Below, piece by piece: positions 28,263 to 42,600 of a stretch of 64,000 nucleotides of DNA (within the stretch, counting starts at the first letter, position 1; each line of letters opens with the position of its first letter). Position numbers and translations under genes: made by a program. The notes below the pieces were generated by a model that ran no database searches, was not told the origin of the DNA, and saw nothing but the letters and a program-made list of their open reading frames with translations. This stretch comes from Trichosphaerium sp. ATCC 40318 (Eukaryota > Protista > Tubulinea), in contig JALMLS010000199.1 of assembly GCA_038496445.1 (NCBI GenBank), positions 24,238 to 88,237 on the forward strand, given 5' to 3'.

Positions 28263-31200
28263 CTAACGTCTTGGATTATTTCTCTTTGCGTACTTGCTAG
28301 CGTACTTTATCTTCCCGTGCCAAAGAGCTTTCTTCCTAGCTGTAAAATCTATAGCCTTTTGGTGTCGTTCTCTAGCCTCAAGAAGTTCTTTCGCTATTTC
28401 TGGGCCAAGGTCTTTGAATTCTGGCAACCCAACGAATTGAGTGTATTTCTCTACGAGAGCAATGTTAGAGTATTCAGTGTATTAAAAGAACGCACTAGAG
28501 ACAAATCGCTTGCATGCTGAACGAAGCATGTCGCAATCAAACATGTCTGCAGACCGGAAAAGAACCAAGACGCTGTCGTCATTGATATACTTTAACATTT
28601 CATGCTCGCACCTAAGAAATGAGTTTAGTAGAAATTTTATCGGAGGATAGGACAAGGAGAAAGGCCTATGTTTTGTGAAGAACGGGGTACCTGTTCTTTA
28701 AGGACACAAGATCATAAAGTGTTGCTTGACACATGAGATCAAAAATTAATTGTACGTCATCACGTGGTAGACTGTCAGAATAAATATATTCCATTAAAGC
28801 CAACAACACTGGAAATTCAATATCCTAAAGATTGTTAGGCCTTCTTCAAAGGAGCAAACAAAAAAAAACATTCATGTTTTTTTCCTACTAGTGAAGTCAT
28901 GAATACGTACATGCAAAACAACAGCTACTTCTCTACTCTCTTTGAAGTATCCAGCAAACATGGTCTTGAAGTATGTAGACCTCGATGCGAGAATTCCTCT
29001 ATGTCCAAAGAAGTTCTGTTCACCAACTCTAACAATGACATCTAGATTTTTGTTATTAGTGTATGCAACCACTGAAAATTGTATTTCTAGGATATCAATA
29101 GTACCACAATAATAACGATGTTTGAAGGCCCACAGTAGATTTGCATTAAACGTAGAAGCTGGAATAATAACACGCTTGTAAGTGGATTCACACAAAGAGG
29201 CGAGTTGATCTAATCCAAGAAGTCTAGCTATTGGTTCAACATGTTTCGCCTGGTATTGAGTTAGGTAAGAACACCTGAACGTATCCAAGCAAGAACGCAT
29301 ACCAATCTGGCTGTAATAGTTACAGCATCCTCATATATGTAGTTTAAGACTGTTCGAATAACAGGTTCATCAATGTCAGTCACATAAATATCTGAGTGTT
29401 TTTGTTTATAAAATTGTTGGTATTGTTCCTTGCGGTCATTGTTAGTTTTCAATGCGCAGTGAGGTATGTTTAGAACTACCTTTTCAGATAGAAATTCTTC
29501 TTCAACGTTGTGAAGCGGCTCTTCGTTCTTGGAATCAGAATTGTCATCTTTACTTTCTTTATTTTTATCTCCCTTTTCACCTTCTTCTGGTTTCTCAGTT
29601 GTGGTTTTCTCCTCTACAGCCTTAACTGGTACTACAGTTAATAAATTTGAGGTTCTACAAGGTGTATCATACCTGGTTTCGAAGATTTAGCTTCATCAGG
29701 GACAGCATCTTGAAGGAGAACAAGTTGTCCATTTGCAACAGCTGTAACTTTTCTAGGTCTTTTTAGTGTACATGCTTGGTTCCTATTGCGTACCCTGCAA
29801 ACATGTTTCTAAAAGCCATACAACGACCAGCAAGGATAATTTTATGTGCTTGAATCTTTGTTGCGCCAACATGAAACGTAACATCTCCAGTTGCCTTATC
29901 ATCAAGAATAGAAACAAGATCTTTTCCAAGCGTTGACAAAAATGAACCTAAGTACACGTAATATAGTTAGTAAACTATATTCAGATATTCAATAACACTC
30001 ACTTGTATCAAAAACGTTGTTAAGAACAAACAGCTATGAAGAAGCGAGTTAAGAAATTGTCAGAAAAACTCAAATAAAAACCCTAGCCAGCTTGTTTTGT
30101 TAATGTACCTCTTCTGTGTGCTGAACCTTATTGTGTCCACCAACCATTATAATCTTATCGTACAAGCGTACCATACTCTGAAGGCCTCTAGGTTTTGGTA
30201 CATCACCTCTAAAGAATTGTAATGAGGTACCATCATATAACAATGTTGTGAACTCATACCTTACTGCTAGAGCTACAACGCTTAGCGTTTTAGTGTTAAT
30301 AATAAACATGTTGTTAATTGGTACACCATCAGAGAAGCCTCCAAATACCAATATACTCGTTTGAATCACAGCACATGAATGATATGCAAGTGGAGGTAGT
30401 GCTTGTCCAGAAACTTTATGACAGTTAATTACTATTCTCACAAACAGATGCAAAAAAAAAAAAGTAATAACTTACGTTCCAAGCGCCTCCATGTAATTGT
30501 ACGCATATCGAGACAATATACATCACTGAAAGCGCCTTTTTTGTTGACTCCACCAACAACGTACATGTCGTTACGTATTAGCGCAGCTGTGTGAGAAGCT
30601 CTTGGTGAGGGTATATTACCTTGGGTTCTAACCTTTAGTGTCGTATTTGACTGTGCTTGCATACCTTTAGCATGAGGGTATAGCCATTTGTAATACTGTC
30701 TTGTTGTTTTTTTATCGTTTTCCAAGCGCCTCAAGGTTAGGTTGACAGATCCTGGATTGGTACTCAGTCCATAGAGGGTATTACTTACACAAATTAGTGA
30801 TGGTAGGGAGAACTCTCGTACTTAAATTGTGTGGCTGAAAGACGACCTCCCCAGATATACACGACGCCCCGGTACAAGACAGCAGAGTGATGAGATAGCT
30901 TAGGGACATGAGAGTCATTTTGAATAAGCGTAGGAACAATGTGTCGAGCACGAAAGCGCTGAAGCAAGATTGTCAGTACTTTCTCTTAAAAACTTGTATC
31001 GTGCCTTTTTACCAGAACTACCTGAAAACATATCTAATTTATCAGAACACCCACACCACTCCTTTTCTACGTCAACAAGAGAATCAACCCTGCCCTTACG
31101 TTTTCGTTCATTACGAGTTAGATTGCGTGCATTTTCATTAACCATAAACTGGTTTCCCTTGTGATGTTCTCCCCAAACCATTTCATGATGTTCTCTGTTT

Positions 31201-32335
31201 GCTGAACAAAACAAAGTAAGCAATCTAGCTAACAAATTTTCTTCGTTTACCATTGTGCAAAATGTGAACTGCATTTCTACGACCTTTCGAAGTAACCCCA
31301 CCAATAACGAAAACTCTAGTACCATCACTACCTAATCACAGATATTATCAACACACAAAGGACTTTCATGTATATCAAACCTTACTTAAAGTAGAAGTAT
31401 GGCCCCATACTTTTCCGACATGCTCTTGGCCGGCAATGTGAACACGCTTTGAAGCAAATGTACCCATATCAATAATATTAGCAGAAGCATCAATCTACAA
31501 AAACTGTTTGTATATTGATAACAAAACAATCGTTTTAGTTCCTCATACCTGAGTGCCTCCAGTAATCAACAACCTTTCATTTCCTTCTACGTTTGCCTGA
31601 GGTATAAGAGTGGCACTTTAGAGAATATTTAGTCGAGGTTCAATAAAGAAAATACTGTACCTATGCGAGGAGCATCCATAATTCACATTCTCATCTTTGG
31701 ATGTGTTAGTGCTAAATTACATTGCCTGGTTGATGGCTTGTTTTAACGTACACGATTCCCAAAACATGTGGTTAGACATAAGACTTGGTCTGAATTTAAT
31801 CTTTGCATCTGGATCAAGAATAACCTATTGACCAGTTCTTAGTTTTCACATCACGTGATACCCGTACCTTTGTGACTAGAAGCTCTTCGCGTACGCGCTC
31901 TTGTGATGAATGTAAGGACAGCTGGAGTTAGAGTCAACAACATCTGTGAAGAATGGTGGAACTGAACCTTTGACACATCAATTTTTTTGACATTAGAATA
32001 ATCTGTTGGTATGAACAAGTCTTTGTCAATCTTATATAAAAACGTTACGCTTATTACTAAAAAAAGCATCATCAGGGCTTACGCTTGTTTTAAGAAGTTT
32101 AGATCCTGTAGCTTTGAAATACTCATCTAAAGTTAGTTTCTCATTGTCGCTATCGTCGTCATAAGCGCCGTATCTAACGTTCTAACAATATCGTTGGTAT
32201 TTTGCTCAAAATGGACTACAAACCTCATCTCCAGAGCTTATGTACTCTTCTTCGTCGTACTACGGCAGTTACAAGGTTAGAATACGCATTTTGAATTGAT
32301 GGTAGCATAATAATGCTTACATAGTACTCAGCCAT
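28263..32335 (-). CDS. Kelch-repeat + double BTB/POZ protein (LZTR1-like)
   Basis: Kelch motifs (PSPRASHTAA..MYVVGG; LAYHSCAVI..ILVFGG; PRGLQSMV..IMVGG); BTB1 GDVTFHVG..IQAHKIILAGRC; BTB2 DVIVRVG..FFGHRGILASRSTYFKTMF; BACK-like tail. Confidence 0.85.
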
Positions 32336-32517
32336 GCGCTTTTTGCGTTTTAGGCGTCGGTTTATTGAAAAACTCAGCTTAACGTCCGAAAACTTAAAAA
32401 GACAATGCAGTGAAAAGTGTCATTGTTTTCCCTGTATTAAGAATGCTGTATTACTGAAACACCATTTTTTTTGTTTGATAACCGACGTGGGGTACTGATG
32501 TACATGAGTTTATCATT

Positions 32518-33623
32518 TTACGAAAGAGATACTGTGTTACACATGTTAGGGTTGTTCGTGAAATCTTTAAAAAGTTTATCAACTACCCATGTGTTGTCAA
32601 TGTTCTTGTTGTTCACCTCAAATAATGGAAGAGCAACGTATCCATCATGTCTTATATTTGGTAATCCGTTTGGTTCCAAAAACAAGTTGTAATACACGTA
32701 TCTGAGAAAAATATTAGATTAGAAAAGCCACGCGTCCAGTTCAGAACAAGTTGAAAGAACTTTGAAAAAAAAACCAAAATATCTTACCCTGAGAAATCCA
32801 ATGAGTGGCTTAGGCACACTTTACCTTTGGCCCAGTTGTAAGATCCAGATGGATCATCTCCTTTCGACGACGTGATTTCTGTAACGTACTGCTTTCTAGG
32901 TTGAAATTGCTTAGTGTCAGCCAAGCTACCTCCGTAAAGGTGCCATCCAATAATGTCATTTTCTGATTGAGTGTTGTTTAGAACTTTCCACGCGTATGCA
33001 ATACCCTCAGAGGTTGGATTGTGATCAAAGACTAAAACGTTGATTGTGGGATCAACTTTCGTAAGTTCATTTCTAAGAGATACTGCTCTATCTGCGTCCA
33101 AGTTGAAAGAAGGATAGCCATTCGTAGCGTACATTGGTTCGTTTTGCAAACTCAGATACGAGATGTTAATGCCTGCTGTAGCGTAGGTTTTATGCCATCC
33201 AGCGAGCACTTGTGCGTACTTTGAGGGAAAACCCGAGTTATTTGGGATTTGGCAAGGGCTGTTTTGGTTGTTTTCGCACATGTGTTGCGGAGGAGACCAA
33301 GGAGAAGCCATGAATTGAACGTGAGGAGCCAATTTGATCAGGCGTTGTAGGAAAGGTATTTTAACATTTCTGTCGAATACGGACCCATTGGCATCCCAGT
33401 CGTAGTTAGTTAGCGAATAATCGCAGGGGCCCACAGATAGACGTAGCCACGTAATGTCTACAAGCGCTTGCTGGAGTACACTGTCGTTTAACGTAGATCC
33501 AACAGAAATAGAGGAATCAGAGAGCATAGCTCCAAACAGCAAGGTGTTGGCGTTATTTGAGCGAACACCACTACAAACCGCAAGGAAGGAAATAAGAACC
33601 ATGTAAAGTGTTAAACGATGCAT
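32518..33623 (-). CDS. Secreted glycoside hydrolase family 30 (glucosylceramidase / beta-1,6-glucanase-like)
   Basis: Signal peptide; MASPWSPP; LSLQNEP (acid/base); VFDHN; GWHLYGG; YVTE (nucleophile); second exon YVYYNLFL. One intron at ~32703-32787. Confidence 0.85.
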
Positions 33624-33848
33624 TAGAGGGGAAATTTCTGTATCTGGTAACAGTCAACCTGTTTGTGGACAATTACACATTTCACTACCAAAACAACTCA
33701 GAATAGCCTGTCTACTAGAAGCATCATTTGTAATTTACGTCGTGAAGCGTAACTAGAGTCTTAGGCAGTACTGTAATCGCGTATCCGTTGTGTTTTTATA
33801 TTTACATTTGAGGAGATTTTGTCAGCCTCTGTATCTCTCTAGGGCTAA

Positions 33849-34589
33849 CTAAACGTCTTGCAGTTCATATTTCATTATCCTGATCTGATCTAACACTTCA
33901 TTAATTTCAGTTATAGACTCAGCGATATTCCTTTGAGCCTCTTCAATCCGTCTTTGCACTATTTATTATCAAGTCAGTAAGCAAGCAAAAGATTTAGATG
34001 GTCACGTCAACAAACGTACTGACTGCTTCCTCAAAACCTTCATAGTCATCTCTTTTTTTACTATTCTCTTCTACTAGAAGCTGCATTTGTATAGTCTAGC
34101 AAATAAGCAAGTAAGCACAATGTTCTAACAGCTTTTTTTGAAAAGAAAAAAACACGTGCCCTTTGCAACTGAGTCTTTTCTTTTTGTTGTAACTCCTCTA
34201 TGATTACTGTGGCAATGTCTGCGCCTTTAGTATCTTGTAGTTTTGATGCAATTTTTTTAATGTTATTAGATATCGTTGCAAAGTTATCTGTAGCAGCTTT
34301 GACGATAGTTTGGTATGTTTGAAGGTCTCCAGTTTTAAGATAAATGTTAAATGCTCTAAATGATCGTTGATACGCCGTTTCAATTATTCAATAATACGTC
34401 GTACGTTTCCCAGTGCTTATACCTGCACATTGTTAGTCAATATATCACAAATCATACAAACAAGCACAAACACGGCCGTTACGCGTTAATTACGCGGTTA
34501 ACGTACACTCGCGGTCTTAATTCTTGATTTCGCTCGAATTCAAACAATAATTCTGCTACTGTCTCTTCCTTCTTTTCTTCTATGCTCAT
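33849..34589 (-). CDS. REX1-B / C19orf60-like small helical DNA-repair protein
   Basis: Spliced: LLFEFERNQELR..Y..WE.AFNIYL...YQTIVKAATDNFATISNNIKKI...LQQKEKTQL...INEVLDQIRIMKYE. This matches the REX1-B family pattern as recalled. Confidence 0.65.
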
Positions 34590-34840
34590 AGCGGCAAGAT
34601 ACTAATATTTAATAACAAACAAGCTTAAAAAGGTACAAATGCTGTAGTACATACTTGCGTGATGCTATTCAATGGTGGTGGTCGTTTAACAAACATATTG
34701 CTTTATTACTTGTACTTCACCGTGTTACTACGCTTCTTGATTTTGCGATGACTAATTCTGACTGTCACCACGTGATTTTACCAACGTTCTTTCTATCTTT
34801 GTACCGCCTAGGTTGTTTCCTTCGACCGTGCGTATTTATC

Positions 34841-36358
34841 TTAATACAGCTTGCTTGTGTTGCCAATGTACTTGAGCTTTTTTCTCAGTTGCATGTCTAC
34901 ACTTCCACAAATAGGCGACTTGTTCTAACAACCAGAGATCTGTGGTGTATTAGTGCTAGTCTACCATTATTTTGGTATTACCTTTGAAGAGGGCGTCTGC
35001 GTTGGTTAGAAAATTGGTGCCACTCCCAATCGTAGTTGGCGTATGTTGATAATGCTCTGGGCCAATATCGCAATAACCCAGCTCCACCAAGGTAGGACAG
35101 TTGTGTTCGAGAAACGCGATACCAATCAGTAGGACGCTTTATACTCAAATTTCGTGCGACACCATCAAGAAAGACATGTACATTTTCTTTTGATTGCCAA
35201 TAGTTATTTAATCGTTGCCCTACACCGAACCCATCAGTTCAAAACGCAAACCCTCTTATCAACCGTACTAAAGTCAGAGGTTGTCCACTGTTTTTCAGGG
35301 TAAAAATCTTGTAACATACTTTGAACAGAGCCATTATATTGACTAGCAAACATTAATGAACAAGATATCAAAAAAAAAAGCAACGTACTTTGTCACAAGC
35401 CCACGTCCGTTTTCCATTACCACACTTGCTGGAACTGTTAACCATTGATCCAATGACTTTATATCATACTTTTCTTCTAACTACACAATAATGGTAAGTC
35501 ATCAAAACAAAAAAAACCGTACGTGACAAATAAACTTTATTTTGTTTTCTTCATTCCTCCAAAACGCAGCTGGTACAGTACCTACGAACATGTGTAAGCC
35601 TTTAATGAAATCCAACCAACAACACTCACTGAAATCCCACTCTTTCCACGTGAAATTAGGATACACTGCACTCAAAAGCTTGCATAAGCTATCTCCTCTA
35701 ATTTCAAGTCAAACAAGTTGGTTTTTGCAATTAAAAAAAGCAACCTTAGTATTGTAGCTCCTCCAGCTCGCTCGACATCATCACGTGCAATGTGATGCCA
35801 GTCATCTAGAGTCTTTATTTGTTTGGAAGCAGCTACCTACCATAGATAGGGTAAGTAAAGTCTTAGCGGACACTGTTTGCACGTGTTCTAGAAATCGCTT
35901 TTTATTTGCGATACCGTCCCAAGACCTTCGCGGAGCACGCTCTGTTTGAGACAATCAATGCATCATGTTAACGTAGTGAGCGTACCAAACTTCCATGGCA
36001 TCCATTCATGGTCAGTGTACACAAACTTCAACATGTCATAGATTGAATAGTTGAAATACCTTTTAGTACGTATAAGAGAGGCTAGTGACGCTCTATCGAC
36101 GTACTCATTTAATAAACCGTAGCCGCCAATAGATTTTATGTTATCAGTACTTATTTTGTACCAATCGTTCAAATCTTGTAGTTTGTACTTCTTTTCAGCC
36201 TGATAGCGCGTTATTGTGAGTATTGAATGTGTTTGCTCATGTACCTTTCTAATAAGCTCTGGAAGTCTATCAGGACGCTGCCAGAGGAAACTAGCTTGCG
36301 TGTCAGGTGATATATAGGGCTCATTAGCTTGAGCGAACCTATAAGGTAGCGCGCGCAT
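34841..36358 (-). CDS. Uncharacterised helical-repeat protein (DWY...GG.GLL...VYP..W..W.F repeats)
   Basis: About 4 repeats: DWYKIS..IGGYGLL..VYTDHEWMPWKF; DDWHHIA..AVYPNFTWKEWDF; VPAAFWR; DWYRVS..LGGAGLL..YANYDWEWHQF. Multi-exon. Confidence 0.65.
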
Positions 36359-36447
36359 TACACTCGTACGCGTGATACTTAGCCACGATTATAATGTACG
36401 ATTTTGGCTACCAAAGTTACAGTTGGTTGTAGCAGCTTCATTTTCAC

Positions 36448-38129
36448 ATGTTAAAGCAAGTAGCATCGTACTCGCGCCACAGAGCGTATGGGCGCACTCG
36501 AACACGCTTTTCGCGCAGAACAAAGGTTGCCAATACAAAAAAAGACCCAGTAACACGAACAGCGCCCAAAATCGCCTTAACTGTTGGTCTACTGGCAGGA
36601 GCCGCTTTGTTCTTTTCATCACAAGCCAGTGCCGAAGAAAAAGCTAACCACAGCGTAGATTTAGCGCCTATTGAACAGGTATGTAGCTATAATACTTTTA
36701 TTTACACAATGCATCTCAAACGCCTCATAATTGTTCACCACGCTCACAGAATATTAGTCCAAGTTTGGTAGCAACAATGAGGTGGCAAATGTAACAGTTC
36801 GTGCTCCAGGCAAAATTATTCTACACGGAGAGCATGTTGTAGTACAAGGACGAACAGCCATCGCTGCTGCGATAGGTAAATATTGCTTGGCAGACTTTAA
36901 ACGGTACAGTAACGTAATTCTGGTTGTAAAGCTTATTTTGGCAGTCCTGAATCCTCTGACACTTTCCAATTGACATACACACTACCAAACGAAGACGAGA
37001 AGACACTTAGGTGGCTCGTAAGCGATATTAAACGCGTGGGTAAGGTTCCTTCACAGGTTTTTAATATCGCCTATTAATTTCTCACTGACGTTAGCTGACA
37101 CGCTTGATATTGATGCTGCTGTTATCCAAGAACAACCAAAAAGAGTAATTGACGAACTAGAAGCCGCATTACAAACGTTATGCAGTGGAGACAAATCAGC
37201 AATTACTTTTACATCTATTTACATTATTATCAACAAATTATACAAAAAACCCTTCCTCCCAGTGTCTTGTACAGTAACATCTGAAGTACCTCTTGGTGGA
37301 CTTGGCTCATCTGCAGCATATAATGTTGCTATTTGCGCTGGTATGGCTTTGATTAGTTATGTTCTGTCTAAGGTTTTCGTTAGGTATGAGCCTTTATTTG
37401 AAAGCAATCAAATCTATTGATAATAATAGACAGACAATCAATGATTTTGCCTTTTTAATGGAACACTTAATGCATACAAAACCGTCTGGTATTGACAACT
37501 CTGTATCCACATATGGTGGCGCTATTGCCTATAGAAAATTCGAAAAGGAGCCACTATATAGACTAAAAAATATGCCTAATTTGGATTTAATTATTGCCAA
37601 CACATGCGTTGCAAGAGAAACAAAAAAAGCAGTTGAGCACACACTAGGAATGAACGAAAATTTTAAATGTATGGATCTAGTTGCAGATGCCATAGGTGCA
37701 CTAAGTACTGAAGCACAAGATATTTTTGAAGGATCAAATGGAAAATGTTAGTGGTTTTTTTTGTGCCATTCTCATTTTCACTTTAGCCCTCACTCCAAAA
37801 GAAGCTTCTCACTTGGCTTCAATGATCACAATAAATCATCACCTCATGAATGCTTATGGTGTTGGTCACCCTAAGCTTGACGAGATTACAGAGATTGCAC
37901 AACGCCATCAACTTCATGGTAAATTGACTGGTGCCGGATGGGGTGGTTCAGCGTATATTTTTGTTCCACCTGATCAACGTACGCTCAAAAAAATCAACAT
38001 GAATCAAATTGTTTAACTGATTTAGTCGCTGGCACTGATGCTGTTGTAACTGACCTAGAACAAGCTGGTTTTCCATCATTTGTAGCAAATGTAGGTGCTA
38101 GAGGTGTACATGTTGTATCAGACCTATAA
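36448..38129 (+). CDS. MVK: Mevalonate kinase with N-terminal basic presequence + hydrophobic segment
   Basis: APGKIILHGEHVVVQG; SEVPLGGLGSSAAY; HTKPSGIDNSVSTYGG; GVGHPKLD; KLTGAGWGG (GHMP motifs). Confidence 0.9.
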
Positions 38130-38205
38130 TTTAACAAGCATAGGAAGATAACAATAAAAAAAATAATGTTTTCTGTACAAAGGTTGGGGTATTTTTTATT
38201 TTCGT

Positions 38206-39528
38206 TTAAAATACAGGTTTTGCTGTGTAGCGCGGTTTCTTTTGTCTGGAGTTCTTGCCTTGTCGTCTTGGCTTTCTCTTTTGACCGCTTGATTGCCCAC
38301 GCTTCTTGTAACGATCCTATATTAAGTTAGTAAAACAATACTTGCAAAAAAAGTGTCAAAAAATTCATTATGTTGACGTACTCTGCTATCGTCTTTGTAA
38401 CCTTCCATGTAACTCGAAAATGTATTGGTTTTATTCTTGACTCCCTTACCGCCATATTTTTTATCTTTTCCTCTACGTTTCTTTGATCTAACAACCTCAT
38501 CAGCCAAAGTTTCAAAATGTCAAAAAATGAAACAAAAATGTAATACCTCGTGTCAGCATTGATGGCGTCTTCAAGGGCTTGCTTTGCGTCCCACTCTGAT
38601 AAATCCTTGTTGAGACCCTTACGTTGTTGCTTGTACTGGTACAAAGCTTCATCATGTAATTTACGCTTGGTACGCTTCTCACTCTCTACAGCACGTTGCA
38701 TCTGAAATAAAGTGTCAAAAAACAGAGTGATTACACCTCATTTACAAACAAAAAAAGGAGCTTTGACAGCTTGGTTTGTTTCGTACCTGTTTACCGTATA
38801 ATTTTTGTTGACGTTTCTTTTTACGCTCTTGTGCATCTGAAATACGACGTTGGGTGGCTAACAACACATCCTTCACCTATCGTAGATGTTATTACAACGT
38901 TCAAAAGTAGCACAGAAATAGATGTTGTGTATTTTGAGCGGTTTTACGTACCTTTGCCATGTGCCAATCTGGTTTTACCATTTGAGCAAAGTAATCGTCC
39001 GGACGTTGCTACCAAGAGGTAAGGATTGAATTAACATGCGTTACAAGTACTTGTTTGATGCCATTTTCTTCTAACATATCTCTGCCTTTTAAAAATGCAT
39101 CCATAGCCTGCATGTAGCTTGTTGTGTTAAGGAAAAATAAAATAACGAAATATAAAATTGTAAAGTGTTGTTTACGCCATGTTTGTAGCGCAACATTATC
39201 AAACCCGCGTTGCAGGAGGATACAAAGCCATTTCGCGTTTTAAGTCGTCGTTGAAATCAACTTCGCTATTATCATTCTCAGCAACAATTTCTAGCGTATC
39301 AGGCCAGCACTCGCGGTCTACCCAGCATTTTCTCAGTTCTTCAATTTTCGTGCTTATTTCCGCATCATTGTTGATTTGTTCCTCTAATTGCTCTGCAATT
39401 AACGTTTCCTTGTACTTGTCGAAGAAAGCTACTTCGTCCTCAATTTCAAGGTTTTCTTCTGCAATTATATCTCTGGTCTTTTCTAGTACTTGAAGGTACT
39501 TGTATTTTGGTTTCTGTTGATCTGCCAT
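38206..39528 (-). CDS. EBP2: rRNA-processing protein EBP2
   Basis: NDDLKREMALY; RPDDYFAQMVKPDWHMAK; KDKKYGGKGVKNKTN; basic C-terminus. Confidence 0.9.
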
Positions 39529-39639
39529 TGTGGGCTATGACACTTTGGTGAAACTGAAATATTTTAGCTTGACGCTGTAGGACTGCTCTAGTTCCAAACC
39601 CACGCCTAAGGCACAGCAAAGGTGTTAGCCATTGTATAG

Positions 39640-42600
39640 ATGAACCGACCGGCAAAGCGCGCTAAGATAGAAACATCAAAGAGGTTTCAGAGCTAGCAAA
39701 AGCTAAACATGCGCTAACTTACTTGTAGGCCGTTGTATTGGCGTGAATTGGTTCTATTTTGCCAGCTAATACCGTGCTGTCAGCATTATGTCGACTCGTT
39801 TAAAGCAGATTTCGAGAACGTTATGCAGTCGCGCGTGGGCAACTATGGCAATATGTACGTGATCATTCCTCGCCAAAACAGTTTTTAAATGCAAAATGAT
39901 GACTTTATCTCTCGGCTAGCGAATAAAATTATGTGCTAATGCCTTGACGTACACACACACTTTACTGATTGTCGTTAACGCCAAACAAGTTTTTACCTTC
40001 ACGGTCTCATCTGTCTAACGTGTTTGTAGAGGCGTATTTCGCGAGTTCTTGCTCTCTCACCCTCGTAATCAAGCAGTGGCAGCAGGCAAACAGAGGGAGT
40101 ATCTCATTCGTACGTCTAAAGAAGACAATCCGGATAGCAACGCAGCACAGCAATCCATAAGTGTTGGAACTTCGTCTTGGCATCAAAGTATAACATGGGA
40201 ATTCACCTTGTGCTTGATGCGTAATATCATCTGCCATGAGTACCAATTTGATTGGAAATGGTTACGGTACGTTGTCACTGTAGTTCTTTGTAGACTCCCA
40301 CTCATACTGGAGGTCTTACTTGCCTACAAAAGTGGCAGTGACTACTTCTCCTTGTTTTACCGTTACTCTTAGAGAACTAAACGTAAAAGCTCTTGAGTAC
40401 TTTGGAACGCAAGACGAGATTGCGTTTTGTATTGACACATACAGGCAGAGTGTCATTAAATCAAGTACATCTAGATACGCTTCAAAAGAAATAAAAAAAA
40501 TTGAAAAACAAAAATTCCTCTCTCGATTCCTTTACAGATTTTTTTTCTTTCTAAACGCGTTTGTGTTCTTTATTATGGTTGTCTTGATGATATCATATGA
40601 TTAAGTAATGGTAGAGCAGCTCGTTAATGAGTGGTGCATTCCTATTTTACCAAGTATCGCTCAAGAAGCGACTTATGAGAGGATCTATGAAGATATCATT
40701 TTGTTGTCCACTTTGATTGTTTTGAGAACTCTCAATTCACTTGTATGTGCTTCATTCGAACGTGAAATGAATGAGCGCATTGGAGATTTTGGAGACTGGG
40801 CAGCGTTTGCAATGTAAACTTGACCTTTTTTTGTTGTTTCCGTTGAGTTGGAGACGTCATTTTTTTTGTTGAACAAACGTTAATGTTCGTTTATGTATAG
40901 GTTTCTTAAAACCCATCCAGCAAATCCTGAACAAACACATGCTAATATTGACGAAATATCGTGGATAATGGCATTACGTTTATGTCGTAATGTGTTTTGC
41001 CATGAACATCATTTCGGTTGGAAAGGACTTATTGATCTTTCAGATTGTATGTTAAATTTCTTTCAAACAAGGTATACTTTGAGCGTATCTACAACACGTG
41101 CATAACAATCGAATTATAGAGAAAACATTAGTGATGTATTCGAGCTTTACAAGCATAAATGTTCCGGTGATAAGGCTGTGAAAGCTGGCAGTCCGGGTAA
41201 AACAAAATTGTACAACTTGTTGTAATGTAATTTAGGTCAGCTTCATCCTGTTGCTAGTATTCAGTTGTATCATCACTCAGATATCAAAGTAAAAGATCTT
41301 TCTATTCAATACAATTTTTACAGAGAATTAGATATTATGTACTGACGATGGAAGATCCTCACTAGTTGGATGTATTAGTACAGCTCAAAAGTTTATTCAG
41401 AATTTTTTAAGAAAAGAATCACAAATATTTGATAATCTACAGAGGCGTATGGTGAGCTCTCCAATTCAAAATCAATTCAAGTCTAATACTAAAAAGGCGC
41501 TTTTGATAGTTGGTACACCTCAGAGTGGTAAAACAACTCTTGCAAAGCACATATTTCCTTGGGCACTCAAAGGCAGCAACGATGCTCATCACGTGGTATA
41601 TGTTCATGGAAATGCGTATATGAATGTCACTGCTTTCAAGTCATCTTTAGAGCACGTCAAGATTCTTTTGTTAAAGCCTGACCATTCTAGTGAGCGTTTG
41701 AAAACAATAGCAATTGATGATTCTGTGGTTGTACTTGATGACTTTGATAATGTGATTCATGCCTTGCCTGAATCCCAACACCCTGAGCTTTGGACGTACT
41801 TGACTGGTACTCTCATACAACAATATCAATAACTTACATGTGTAGAGCTCGTTGATACTGTGAAAGTACGCTTGATTGTAGCTGGTAGCTTTATGCTTGC
41901 TGTGCAATGGGAGTTGGCTCGAAAGTTGTCCAAAGGCATCTTTTCTGGTGTAAGGTAAGGTTGGAATCAAGAAGGTTACGTACTGACTGTGTTAGCACAC
42001 GTGAAAAACGTCGTTATACCATGCCACTGAAACTAGTTTATTTTCCGCCACTTTGTAAGGTTCTTCCACTAAAAGATGCAGAACAACGTAGAAATGCGTG
42101 TCACGACATTCAATTGTGTCTTCGCCATTATACTGAATGTGACAAGTATGTATTGAAGCGCATTGTACGCTTCTTGAATGGGTACGCTGTTTATTTTTGG
42201 ACGAAAGTTAACACATTAGTTGCAGGCATACATCGTGGTGCTGGAGTTTTGAACTAGTTCAATTAAATGCTATAAAAGGGAACAGTATATCCCACCAATA
42301 TGTGTATGACTTTAAGTACGTTGATGTATTTAACATATTTACCTAGACGTTTGGCTACACCTTCTGCAGTTCTTGGCATTTCTAAGATTGCAGCGAAACA
42401 TGATACACCTGAAAAAGCTGCATCGGCATGGGTTGTATCTAATCTCATTGACACCCACAAGCGCATTTATGCCAAGTGTTTGAAATCAACCAAAGCATAT
42501 CAATTGATCGAGGTATTTGTTTTGTGTGCACCTGCTCAGTTTACTGGAGATACATTTGGGTTGTTATTGGATAAAAAAGCAAGTCATTTTGCATCCAAAA

